Assembly: GCA_964016885.1 (NCBI GenBank)
Contig: OZ024743.1
Span: 84,692,001 to 84,756,000 of the forward strand
Reading direction: 5' to 3'
From: Eledone cirrhosa
Lineage: Eukaryota
DNA length: 64,000 nucleotides
The translations under genes were made by a program, and so were the position numbers. The notes below the pieces were generated by a model, which saw only the letters and a program-made list of their open reading frames with translations, did not search any database and was not told the DNA's origin. This document shows positions 42,209-55,035 of the stretch, piece by piece; positions within the stretch are counted from its first letter, which is position 1, and every line of letters starts with the position of its first letter.

Positions 42209-42847
42209 TATAAATAAAATATAATTTAGGTTAACATTTTATAGATCTATCCTACAATGTCAAACTGTTTGGGTTTTTTTCATGGTTTTCTCGGGGTTGC
42301 GATCTTCTCTCTTCATGGTGCGCTGCTTCCTGCCACTCCTTACTAGCCCAATTGATATTACTAACAAATATTTTGATATAGAATTCTCTGGGAACAGCTA
42401 ATTTATTCCTCAACATGCCCAATGAAGTCACTGTCATTTGTCATCGAGGTAGTCTGTAAGAGGGCAGCAAAGAAGTCAACCTGTTTATCTGCATGTCCAG
42501 CTGGTGGTGCGTACGAAGAGATTATAGTAGCTGTTGTAATTATCGTTTTTAAGAAATAACTATTTTTCCAGTCTGTGACATTCGAGAGGTTTGGTGGAGT
42601 TGGGTTACTGATAGCGAAGTTCTTGTCATTGTTCGTGGCTCACCTTACTGAGGTGTCAGGTGATGCCCATGAGGGTGCCTGGTTGTTTCAGCACCTTAGC
42701 CCCGCTATCATCTGTGGTAATGCTGCGGGTGTGTTGGCTTGCCTCAAACAATTCCGTTGACCCTTGTGGTGTACAGTCTCACTTGGTGGTGAATTGATGG
42801 TTGTTTTTGTTTGTTTTATTTTTTCTCTCGCTTTGATCACATTTTTG

Positions 42848-43034
42848 TGCATTTGGCAGTATCGGTAGAGGATCCAACGCTATGCTTTGACGCACAGAGT
42901 TACGGCCCTTGCCATTCTGAGTTCGAATCCCGCCGAGGTTAACTTTGCCTTTCATTCTTACGGGGTCGATAAAATAAAGTACCAGTAATACACTGGGTAT
43001 TTGCTGGCCTTGTGCCAAAAAGTAGAAACAATTA
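42848..43034 (+). mobile_element. MetaSINE-like SINE
   Basis: Close copy of 6611-6795. Confidence 0.8.
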
Positions 43035-43463
43035 TATTTGTAAGGTTCCTAGCATTAATTGATTTTATTTATTATATGTGTTTAAAAAAAGGTTACACTA
43101 TCCAGTCATTGTTTTACCAACAATATATCTACACCATCCACACAGCTACCAACATCGTTTTCACGTCGACTTTTCCATGTTGGCATGGGTTGGACAAGAC
43201 TTTTTGAGACAACGTTTTATAGTCCGATGCCCTTCTTGACAACAATCATTTTAGTTGCTTCTTACAACACGCAAGGAAACAGTATACCTATTCTAAACTG
43301 GATACATCTTACCATTATATATATATTTATATATATATATATATTGTTATACTTTAGGAGGGTCATGCTGCCAATAAAAACACACGCACCTATTGGTTTT
43401 CACTTCAATTTATTATAAATTTTCGGTTGGTTGGTTCAATAACCGGATGGTTGTTTATATATT

Positions 43464-43506
43464 GTCAAAGCTCTTTCGTCACACATTCTGTGACCTCCTC
43501 AATAAC
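43464..43506 (-). ncRNA. Decayed minimal hammerhead ribozyme in a family B element (about 43325-43620)
   Basis: Minus strand: GTTA-TTGAGGA-G-GTCACA/gaatg/TGTGAC-GAAA-GAGC-TT|TGAC. Stem II is perfect, stem I pairs, and the core has C3>U. Confidence 0.55.
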
Positions 43507-43664
43507 TGGTTTCTTGTTCTGTGTCTCTCCTTTATTTTGTCCTACACCATCTTGTTTTTTGTGTGCTGAAGGGTATCAGAAAGAAACCAGTTAAATACGT
43601 TAATACCTCTCTCTATATATATATGTATCTTCAACTTTTGACCTTTTGACTTAATATTGCTCTG

Positions 43665-43708
<44 letters not shown>

Positions 43709-43709
<1 letters not shown>

Positions 43710-44320
43710 TAGCCAAATTACCCGCGCCTTGCTGCGTTTCACACATTTTTTAAAAAAGAAAATGATTGATTTTAAATCAGTGATATAATTTATGGAGAAA
43801 AACTCTGCATTTTAATATTACTCAATGTAAAATGTAATGCATAAAAAATTGGAAAACATTATTTTTTGTAATATATCAAATTAAAATTACATTATTAAAT
43901 CTTATTCTTATTTTGTTTCTTGTAAATAATTCTTTTCAAAGTATCGAATCAAAACTTGATCATTTCATTTTTGTGTAAAGCATAATTTTATTTGGGCTTC
44001 CAAAATTTTTACTATAGGGGGTTTAACCCCCATTAGGGTGTCTTAATATTATTGAAATTTGCTGAAATTTTGTGAATGGGCATCATATCTTGTCATTTAC
44101 TTATGGTTTAAATTTCATATAAATCGAAGGGAAAACATTTTCAGTGGGGGTTTGTGCCCCCGGGGCACCCTTTGATTAAAATGGAATATACTTATCCAAG
44201 TACCCTGGGCAATGTAGTTTCAGAATATATATGGTTATGGGGATCTATCTCCAAAACCATAAGAGGAGTTCGTGAACAAACAAACTAACACACAGGAACT
44301 ACAACTTTATATATATATAT
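43709..44320 (-). mobile_element. Non-autonomous Helitron-like element
   Basis: The minus-strand 3' end is a GC-rich hairpin (cgcagcaaggcgcgg) followed by CTAG|T. The 5' end is atatatataaag..gtttgtttgt. Confidence 0.7.
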
Positions 44321-44324
44321 AATT

Positions 44325-44587
44325 ATTTAATATAGAAATGGCTTCTACAGGACTAGAACTGTTTCTTTCGTATGAAATCATAAGGAATGCTGAGTGACAT
44401 AGAGTCGTTGATACTTATACGTTTCCTATCAACGACTCTCTAGGTCACCCTGCATTCCTGATGATTACATATGAATGAAACAGTCCTAGTCACGTAGAAG
44501 CCATTTCTATATTAAATTATGATATTTACACTCTACTATTGTATTGAGTACCTTTTTAACTGTGGTTACCCCTGAATTCACCTGGGA
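44325..44587 (+). mobile_element. Fold-back element (arms 44325-44413 / 44427-44517, tail to 44587) with hammerhead-like core
   Basis: About 90-bp inverted repeat. CTGATGA-ttacatatgaat-GAAACAGTC at 44458. Flanked by (TA)n and (TC)n. Confidence 0.65.
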
Positions 44588-44689
44588 TCTCTCTCTCTCT
44601 CTCTCTCTCTGTATAGATTAATTAAAGGTTAATTAGTCTCTAATACTTAAACATCCCAAATGAGTGGATTAAATATATAGATCAGATAC

Positions 44690-46408
44690 TGTTGAAAATC
44701 AAAATGTACCATCTCCACCATCTCTAACATCAAATTCTATAACAACTATGGAATTTACACCTGCAATGCTGTGACGTCACCTTAAGAATAAGCGCAACTA
44801 TGCCTCCCCTGGTCTTGATGGTGTAACATACCTGCTTCTCAAACGTGGCAGGTACTTACTTCTTTTTGCACCAGCTTGCTTCTTTCAATAGTGTCTCAAC
44901 AATGGTGCTACTGTGGAGCAGTGGAAAACTGCCAGTGTCATTCCCCTGTTCAAAAAGGGCGACCGCACGTCACCTGTCAATTATCGTCCAGTCAGTCTTA
45001 CTAGCTGTATTGCCAAACTGATGGAATCCTGTGTCAGAGAAACACTTTGGAGCTTCTGGAGCTCTCACAGCCTCATCCGGCCCTTGCAATTTGGATTTGT
45101 CCCTAACTCCAGCTGCTGTGATCAGCTTATCCAGTTCCTTGAAGACATTACCCGGATCACTGACAGCAGCTCATGGGTGGATGTTGTTTACCTTGACTTC
45201 ACTAAAGCTTTTAATTCTATGCCACACAAAAGACTCTCTGCAATGGGTGTGAAGGATGATCTTTTTAACTGGTTGAAATCTTTCATTCTCAGCCGAAAAG
45301 AGGTAGTCACGGTTCTAGGACAGCATTCTTCACCATATGAGATGTCATCTGGTGTACCACAGGGATCTGTTCTTGGTCCCCTTTTGTTTGTTGCATACAT
45401 TAATGACATAGATGCCAACTTAAAGAATGCCACAGTACTGAAATATGCGGATGACATCAAGCTGTACCTTGAAATCAAAAGGACAGATCCTGAAATCTAT
45501 AACTCTTTCCTACAATCAGACCTGAACACAATGCAGCAATGGATCACAGATGGCAACTGAAGCTGGCTGTGGACAAGTGTACCACCATTCATTTTGGGAG
45601 GAAAAATCTAGCGTCCACATACTCCCTCCACAATACTGATATCGAGAAGTCCTCTTGTGAACGTGACCTGGGTATTACTGTCAGCAGCGATTTGCGTTGG
45701 ACAAAGCACATCTCTAAAATAGTCAAGACGGCCGAGGGTGTTTTGGTATCACCCAGCAAGACCTTTGTTAGCCGCTCTCCAGCCATCTATTTAAAGCTGT
45801 ATACAACTATGGTACGACCACACTTGGAATTCGCATCATCAGTCTGGAACCCCTATCTTGCTCAGAACATTGACCTCCTGGAAACTGTTCAGAGACGTGC
45901 AACCAAGCGCATACCCTCCATCAGACACCTACCATACTCTGAACGCCTTGCTTCCCTGGGCATGGATTCATTGAAGCTCCGACGTCTGGCAATGGACTTG
46001 CTAAACACCCACAAAGTTATTAACCGTCTCGCCAACAACAACCCTGAGCACCTTTTTGATCTCCATGTGTCTAACACACATGTACATGCCTACAAAGTCA
46101 GAAAACAGCACAGCTCCCATGACTTTCGGAAACATTTTTTCACGCTTAGAGTTGCTGAAGCATGGAACAAACTGCCTGCGTCTGTTGTTAGCTGCCGAGA
46201 CACTGCATCCTTTAAAACCCTCATGCTTCCCGAAATACGCCAAAACTACACCTGATGTACCCCTTCCATACACATGCACATGTGTATATCATGACTCATG
46301 CACTGTTCATTTTCCTGACGTTTGTACATTACCCTATGTACTATACATACACTTTAGATGAGTTGTAGTGTACCTAAGCACTGAACACAATATTATCATT
46401 ATTATTAT
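44690..46408 (+). mobile_element. 5'-truncated CR1-group LINE (RT domain, frameshifted)
   Basis: PLFKKGD..NYRPVSLTS, QFGF, YLDFTKAF, SGVPQGSVLGPLLF, YADD. Frameshift near 45555, and an (ATT)n tail. Confidence 0.92.
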
Positions 46409-46409
46409 A

Positions 46410-46748
46410 TAGAAGCAATATTACATATTAAATTTAAGTGAGAAAAACACTATTTATAAGAGTATAAGTCAGACAAAAAAAGAAATCAGCTAATCTCGCT
46501 TATATAAAGATCTCCCTACCATGGTTTCATTTGCAGAAGAACTTTATGGAATTGCCAATAATTGAAGAACCTACAATACCTTTATATAAGTGAGACTAGC
46601 TATTTTTTTTTTTTTTCGTCCGTCTGGCTTATACTCCTATAAATAGAGTTTTTCTCACTTAAATTTCATATGCAATATTGCTTCTCTGGGTGATATCTTA
46701 TCCACTCATTGAGATGTTAAAGTATTAGAGACTAATTAACCTATAATT
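46410..46748. mobile_element. Fold-back element (family C-like) whose left arm is split by the CR1 LINE
   Basis: 46410-46508 is the inverse of 46581-46685, and 44617-44670 is the inverse of 46700-46748. The loop has minus-strand GAAACCATGGTA. Confidence 0.7.
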
Positions 46749-47349
46749 ACTATTCTTAATTTTGTCAAGTTGTATCAGGCAGAGTGGTCTCCCCTGACTC
46801 AATGGCACCTTATGTCATGAGCAATAAAAAAATGAAGTTGAATGGTTTCACACTTAAAATTTTGGGACAACAGCTTCGGTGGTCATTGCTTTGTAGTGTT
46901 TGGTGCCTAAATGACTGGCATAAGTATATACACCGGCATATAGGTAGATAAATATACAAACAGTTAAGTAAATAGACAGATGGATAGATAAGTACACTAA
47001 CAGACAAGCTGGGCACATAAGCCTCCAGAGATAGGAAAAAGTGGACAGCATTGCTTGTTGGACACAAACTCACCTGCCAGACAGCTGTATTAGAGAACCA
47101 AGCTGATTGACAAATTTTTCCATTATTTTAAGCCTTATCTAACAGCCAAAAGGTGTAAATAATCCTATTTTTAAGGAGCGTTGAGTGAATTATGAATGCT
47201 GTCCACTTTCTTTCTATATTTAGACTTACATGCCCAACTTCGACTTATTCATAGCCAAAACCATGTTGAAGCACTTCATTTAAAATTAACATACATTCAA
47301 AATTCATAATTTGCTCAACACTCCTAAAAATATGATTGCTATATATATA

Positions 47350-47650
47350 TATATATATATAATTGTACATCTATGTTCATACAAGGAACAAAAGCACTAC
47401 CTCAGGTTTCAAGACCCAATATTGACCATATCTCCAGAATGTAAGAGGAATAAAAATTGTGACCTAATCTTATACGAGTTCAAGTTCTTGAAGATTAGGT
47501 CACAATTTTGATCCCTCTTACATTCTGGAGATTTAGTCAATGTTGGGCCTTGAAATCTTAAGTAGCAGTTTTGTTCCACGTATGAACATAAATAAATATA
47601 AAATAGATCAGCTCTCTTCCTGATAGAAGTTTTCTTTTTCCACACCTACA
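47350..47650 (+). mobile_element. Fold-back element (arms about 47375-47471 / 47491-47590, tail) at (TA)n
   Basis: About 100-bp imperfect inverted repeat with a decayed CTGGAGA..GAAAC core. Confidence 0.6.
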
Positions 47651-47686
47651 GATATTTCTACACACAGACATGTATATATATATATA

Positions 47687-47937
47687 TACAAATTTTAAAA
47701 TGTTTAAGTATTTGAAAGCCCTACAATGCGTAAAAGTGCCAAGGTAATAGGAAAGAATTTTACCTTAGCATATTTAGTTATATTTAATTGCTAAGGTAAA
47801 ATTCCATCATCCTCATTCTTTCCTATTACCTTGGCACTTTTAATCTTGTACGAATTGTAGGGCTTTCAAATACTTAAACTTATCTAAATTTGTATTTCCT
47901 ATTCCACAATGCTTCAAGCAAACTACAACACTCTGTT
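47687..47937 (+). mobile_element. Fold-back element (arms about 47687-47771 / 47790-47894, tail) between (TA)n tracts
   Basis: Inverted arms with indels, and tail ..actacaacactctgt. Confidence 0.6.
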
Positions 47938-50900
47938 ATATATACACACACACATATTACTGTAGTCTAAAAAAGAAGTGTGTCAGCAGAAGTTTGAAGG
48001 GACAAAATTTCTGAGCTTCAGAAATATAAGAATATTGTGAGATGTATTAACTATTTATTCTAGGAATCTGTCCAAACCAATTCCTATGCCGTTCAACTCA
48101 ATATATAATAGTATTGAAGTAGCAGTGTTGCCTTTAAGAACTATACAGATATAATCACCATTTAATGGCCATTTTTCCACGATAGCATCGGTTAGACAAG
48201 TTGTCCCGTTGTGAGATAGGCCAGGTCAGGTGAACAAGACTTGCTCATACTGATTTTGGCTTGGTTTTTACAGTTGGACGCCCCTCTTAATGTCAACTAC
48301 ATTTACAGTGAGTATTGGGTGCTTTTTTGTTGTCACTTACACAATCACTTTACAATGTAGGCTGAATGCTTTTTGTTGTGACATTTACACAAGCACTTTA
48401 CAGTGTGGGCATTTGTTAAGCAAACATCTTTTTGTATGCATCCTTCAGCAGCATATACCCAAAGAACACCACAAGTGATTACATACAGAAGATATTGGCC
48501 AACCAGGATATATATATTGAAGATGCTGTATAGCCTTTAAAAAGACCTATAGCCATAGACAACAACATAAGTGGCTTATATAATGTCTGCTAACAAGGAC
48601 ATGTTTGTATTGTAGGTAGTTTCAATTCTAAGTGGACCTTCTTTATCTGACTTTACACATACACAATAACAGAAGTGTTAATTATTGTGAAATGTTATCT
48701 GCTCACCACACCCTCCTATACATACGCATACACAGAGCACCCCCTATAATCACAGAGGCCCCACTATCCCCACAAGTATAAAGCACATCCCCTTCACTCC
48801 CCCCAGACCCCTGGAAATCAATCAGGTTGCAATAAAATTCAGAAGAAAAAAAAAAAAAAAACAAATAAGCAGAAAAGGATAAACATTTTATTGACTTCCA
48901 TTTGTCTAGACAACCCAATGACCTAGTTTTCAACAAAGGTCTAGGGATTAAACACTTTGCTGACAACACTACCTATGCAAACAATAATATCAACATACAT
49001 ACATACATACACATGGCAATGATATATATATATAGAGATGATGCACCACATACACAAGTAGACAATAATATATTATATATAGACATGATGCACACACATA
49101 TATATATATATATATATACATAGACACAAACATACACACTCATACATATTGTATACATGATGGAATATATATATATATATATGCTTGAGGAAATCTAAAG
49201 CTTCTCAACAAGCACATGCAGTGGTGGTGATACATGGCACTTTAGTAGTAGTAGTAGTAAAGAGATGAGACTTGTCATGTAGGATGAAATATTAAGAATG
49301 AGAAATGACCTGTACAGATTGTCCATCTATTTACCAGGGTTTTGTTTTTGTGATATTAGTAGTAGTGGCAGCAGCAGTAGTGTTAATAGTAGTAGTAGTA
49401 GTAGTAGTAGCAGCAGCAGCAATGTCAAGTTACAGTAGTAAGGAGTTTGGGGAAATGCATGTGTACATGCACTTAAGTTTATATAAATATGAGCACTGTA
49501 CACAATAATTGTCATTATTTTTATTATTTCCTGGTATCTGATAGGATAGACACGTTTATATTTTGAAACCTATGATAATGCACAAATAAGTCAAACTGTT
49601 AATGTGTATATATATATATATATATACATTAATACATGCACACACTCATGCAGACATATAAATACATGGAACAGCAGACATAAAATGATGAAAATGATGA
49701 TGCTACACACACACACACACATAGAAAGATAGATAGAGAGAGATTAAACAGAGTCAAGCCGCATCTAGAAAAATAATTCTTCTCTATTAATTTCATCCGA
49801 GATAAAAAAAAAAAAAAGACAAAACAAAAAATAATGTAACCGGAAGGAAGAGAGCAGAGAAGGGGGCTGGAAACATCTAAAAGGACTGGTGTGTATAACT
49901 TGGGTCAATGGAAAGAAACTGGAGTAGAATGGCCTTGGTAGAAGGTAAGATTGAGATAGGTGGGTTGGTTTTACACATTATATATATATATATAGAAACA
50001 GGTAAAAAACCGGTGAGGAGGAGGGGCAACTAAAAAAAAGAAGAGATGTTAGGAAGAAATACATGAGGAATGTCTGTGGAATAATGTTCAGATTTTTATT
50101 CAAATTCTATACATCGCATTATTATGGAGAGGAAAAGAAACCTGTTTATGTGTGTGTATGTATATATCTATATGTGTATATCTGTATGCATGTGTATATA
50201 TATATAATATATATATTTATATACATGCATATATGTGATATATACATATATAGATGTACGTATGTATAGATAATTATATGTGCGTGCGGGGCATGTATAA
50301 ATATATACACATTTATGTATATATACATATATATTTATGCACATATCTCAACATATATACTTATATATTTATATCCATCACACATGCGCGCACACACATT
50401 TATGTATGTATATAGACAAAGGCGAACAAACTAAAACAAATATAAGAGAGATCCCCTAAAACTCATAGCCATATTCCTGAGATTGGTTGTAATAAGCTGG
50501 CATATGATACACGTTTGCTAGACAAACTCTGGCAGAAGAACATTAAAATTTTCCTGTAATAATTCGGGAAATACTTAACTTCCATGATACAAAAATTAGA
50601 TATATAGCGTTTTCAAGAGTCATTCACACGCACACTCATATATATGTGTGTATATATACAAACACACACATATATTTGAGTATATGCATGCATGTATATA
50701 TATATATATACACACACACACACGTGGTTGGTTGTGTGTGCGCGCAAACATATACACACATACCTGAACATCTATATTTTGTTAATCATAAGACTGATGA
50801 TTAAATGAAAGATCTTTTTCTTTTTTATTGAAGATATGTAAAACAGTTAGACCAGTTTATATTGGTGATGTCTAAGATGTGAAATGAAATAAATACATTT

Positions 50901-51414
50901 TAAAAAATAAAAATATAACGAAGATAGGAAAGATGTAAATATATTTTAAATGCTTCTTCAGTGCATTTTGTCTTTTATTTCCCAACCATTATGAAAGTTA
51001 TCTAATTGTTCATAAAATACCTGATGGTATGTAACTCTTTGTAATACCACAACTAGATTGCTAACATATTTTACATAAATTAGCATACTTGAGTCTGTTT
51101 GCTTGTAGGGTTTTGGATTTGGAAACTCACCCTAAATGGATTAGTTATGCCATTCATATGAAAACAATATTTCGTCAACACTTGCATGAAACAATATATT
51201 ACGGTCCTGGTTTTCATGAGGGTTTTGTTGTTTTTTTTATTTAAGAAAAACAAGGACTTCATTACATAAAAACAGAGACTGAGAAATTAAAACTATTTGC
51301 TCTCTTTCGTGCCAACACTGAGAATGTGTTCCTTGTTTAAGATGACCACTGTACTAATGATGTCTTCTCTTAGCCATGAGTGTCAAGCAATAATAATGTT
51401 TTTTAATTTGAGCA

Positions 51415-51613
51415 GCACAAGGCCAGCAATTTGGGGGGAAGGGGGAGTCAACTATAACAACCCTAGTACTTTACTGGTACTTTATTTTATCAACCCAGGA
51501 TGGATGAAAGGTAAAGTTGACCCTGGCAGGATTTGAACTCAGAATGTGAAGGGCCATAACTAAACGCCACTAAACATTTTGTCTGACGCTCTACCGATTC
51601 TGCCAATCCACCG
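51415..51613 (-). mobile_element. MetaSINE-like SINE
   Basis: Reverse-complement homologue of 6611-6795. Confidence 0.7.
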
Positions 51614-52377
51614 TCCTTCTCAAGCAATAATAATAATTATAATAATAATAATAATAATAATAAAGAAGAAAAAACGGGGGAAAAAAGCAAAACGATAATT
51701 TAAAGGCAATTTTAAAACAACACAATTATGGAATATGACATCCAGCAACGTCTTACACAAAGCTTTTAACATAGCCTTGCAGGATAATTCCTCACAGCCA
51801 ACTTCAATTTGCCAATGCAGTATATTTTATAATTGTGATAAAGAAAGTGTAATGTAGTAGTCATAGCCTCCACTACTTATTACACCAAAAGTTTAGGCTT
51901 CATATATCCCAAACTGTTTCAACAACTAGTCCATTCACAACACACCATGCATACAAGAGTTTTAATGTAGGAATGTTTGTTTTTCTTACAAAACTAACTT
52001 GCTAAACATTATGTAACGGATATTTGACAGTTTTTTTGGCTTCTTTATGAGGTTTATTTTTTTTCTTCATTTTTCCTGGTTATCTTCTGGAAACCTTCAG
52101 GAACATGGAGGGAAGATTTTTTTTTTCAGCATTGGCAGATTTCAATTGGTAGCTAAACAGATATTTCTGATAGGAGCTTGGCAAGAGGACTATGTAAAAC
52201 AGTTGAAACAGAGGAAAAAAAAGAGACCTTGCACACATACCACAAGGGTTGCTTGACAACTGATGAATAAATAATTCATTAGAGAAGTATCATGGACAGC
52301 ACCAGACAAATGCCAATGTAAATTTATACATTGTGCAGACCAAGGAAGTAGAAATTCAACTTGGATAATGATAAACA

Positions 52378-52410
<33 letters not shown>

Positions 52411-54225
52411 CAAGAAAAAAAAATTTAAAAAAAAAAGGAAAAACATTTATTTGCATGAAATGGAATAGGAAAAAAAATCTGTGAAATTGAAGTTTTTTTT
52501 TTTTTTTATTGTGAACCTATTGTGAGAAATGATGTCAGGTTTAACGTTCATAATTGTTTTCTTCATGGTAAATCATATCCTCAACAGCCCCTCAAAACTA
52601 GGTTTAAGGGAAGGAAATGCCTTCACTGGAGATAAGAGTGTAGCAATGTCAGCTAACGCGACAAACCTCTTTATCAATAAACTGGAAGTGATGAACACCC
52701 CCGTAAAAGAAAAGATAGTTTAACAGTAAAAGTAATTCACTGCCAATTGACAAGCTGAACTGCACCGAGAGGAATGAAATGTCACTTATAAATAGGACCC
52801 TATCATTGTACAGGATGTAAGGAGAGGGCAGAGGATAGATAGTACAGGGTTTGATATATGAAGGGACAGAGAAAATGGGAGGGCAGGGAGGGAAGTAGGG
52901 AGAGGATAGATAGTATAGGGGGTTGATATATGAAGGGACAGAGAAAATGGAAGGGCAAGGAGGTTGAGAGAGGAGAAAATGCAAGGAAGAAATGGAGGAA
53001 GATGGATTAAACAGAAGCTAGGGTGGAGACGACCTGCACTGTCAGTTTTGCTATCTTTTCCTGGAACCAAGCACCGGAGATGAAATCCGGGTTGAGTTTG
53101 TTTTTTTTGTGGGGGGTGGGGGAAATATCTGGACCAGCTTCACTTCTTTTGAATTAGTTCCTGAAGTAAACAAAGAAACAATAATTAATTAAAATATTAT
53201 TAATAATTATTAACGAGATATAGTGAGTCTATATATATATATATATATATGTAGAAACACACATATATTAGTATGTTTACAAAAATATAATTAATTAGAT
53301 ATAATGTTTACATTGAGATTATTGTATGGAGTCATAGAGGCACTGTCATGACATATATGGCATTTCTGGGGTATTTTAAACTAGGTGGAGCTATCTCCTC
53401 TCCAGGTCTGAACACAGCCAATTTCTTTCCAGAGAAGGAGAATGTGACAGAGATGTAAAGGAAGAATATAATGAATGTGCTTAGAGTGAAATTATTAGTG
53501 AAATAATATTAAGATTATGTCCACAATAATTACTGCAATTAACCACTGATTACAATTTTACTTTCATTAAACTACACTTTAAAATAGCTGTAAGAGCTTT
53601 TAAAGCCATTTTCTCTGCTAAAGGAAGGGTTAGCCATGTGGGCCACATGAAAGATTTCATACTCATTATGAGGTCTTTTTTGAGACAACTTTTATAGCCA
53701 GATGTCCATCCTGGTGTCAACCCTATTAAATAACTGAAATCTTCATTATACTTTAGTATAGTCATTTTACTGTTGACTACTCACCTATTTCTAGTTGAAC
53801 AAGCTGAGTTAAATAGTGTAGCATCAGAGTTTTAGAATATTATTACTTTAGTTCTAGCATTAGCAGAAATAACTTTCAATTTCTGCTTACAGCCACTACA
53901 ACAACCATGATAGATTTATTAGAGTTGTGGGTTGTGTGTGAGAGAGAGAGAGGAAGAAGAGAGAAGAGAGAAAGAGAGAGAAGAACTCACTACTGTTAGA
54001 CAATAGAGAGAGAGAGAAAGAGAGAGAAGTACTCACTACTGTTAGACGATAGAGAGAGAGAGAGAGATAGAGAAGTACTCATTACTGTTAGATGATAGAG
54101 AGAAAGAGAGCAGTACTAACTACTAGCAGTAGCTAGAAAAAGATAGAGATGTACTAACTACTGTTAGAAGAGAGAGAATAGTACTAACCTCAAGTCCCAG
54201 AGCTGTCCCTAGGTACAAATAACTT

Positions 54226-54348
54226 TCAGTTCATTTCACCGCAGGAAACACTAACACCAACACTACCTTCTGTATCTTCATCATCACTGATAACAGGACG
54301 ATTCTTGGCTGCTCGCATCTTTCTTTTCCGAGGTTTTATGTCCTGTGC
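54226..54348 (-). CDS. SMARCA4: brahma/SMARCA2-4 C-terminal coding exon (3' boundary uncertain)
   Basis: ttag|AQDIKPRKRKMRAAKNRPVISDDEDTEG.., matching the conserved (K/R)PV(V/I)SDD tail. In-frame stop at 54228-54226 unless an internal donor is used. Confidence 0.75.
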   Translation of the reverse strand, partial: AQDIKPRKRKMRAAKNRPVISDDEDTEGSVGVSVSCGEMN

Positions 54349-54463
54349 CTAAATAAAAATAAAACGTATCAATTGGTATTTTCTCTTGTCTGTTTAACAG
54401 AACTAAGATCTAATCACTACAGAAATTAGTTACAATGAGAGAGAGAGAGGGAGATCAACTTAC

Positions 54464-54534
54464 CTCTTTACAAACCTTCTTTGCTGAACTAGATGGATCT
54501 TTATTTAACTTAATTTTTACTTTCACAGTCTGAC
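54464..54534 (-). CDS. SMARCA4: brahma/SMARCA2-4 exon
   Basis: cag|(S)QTVKVKIKLNKDPSSSAKKVCKE|GTAAGT, with the conserved VKVKIKL. 71 nt, phases fit. Confidence 0.9.
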
Positions 54535-54645
54535 CTGTAAAGAAATGTCAAATATAATTTATTACTTCATACATTTATCTAACACAAATTGAGCACTGTT
54601 ATATGTATGTATATATACACACACACATACATGTGTGTGTGTGTG

Positions 54646-54723
<78 letters not shown>

Positions 54724-54772
54724 AAATAATTTTGAAAACCATACAATGCGAGGGTCTTAAAGAATTGATCAG

Positions 54773-54829
54773 AGATGATTTGTTAGGAAGGCAGATTTAA
54801 GTTAAATCTGCCTTCCTAACAAATCATCT
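54773..54829. repeat. Perfect 57-bp palindrome (28-bp arms, 1-nt centre)
   Basis: agatgatttgttaggaaggcagatttaa-g-ttaaatctgccttcctaacaaatcatct. Confidence 0.95.
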
Positions 54830-54847
54830 TGTATACATAATATTATC

Positions 54848-55035
54848 GGTGGATTAGCAGTATCGGTAGAGGGTCGGACGCCATGCTTTGACGCATAGAG
54901 TTATGGCCCTTTCCATTCTGAGTTCAAATCCCGCCAAGGTTAACTTTGTCTTTCATCCTTACGGGGTCAATAAAATGAAGTACCAGTAATGCACTGGGTA
55001 TTTGCTGGCCTTGTGCCAAAAGTAGAAACAATTAT
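54848..55035 (+). mobile_element. MetaSINE-like SINE
   Basis: Close copy of 6611-6795. Confidence 0.8.

Noticed and set aside
44913-46255. Host RT gene or intact LINE
   Set aside because: 5'-truncated, with upstream stops and a frameshift. It is a dead CR1 copy.
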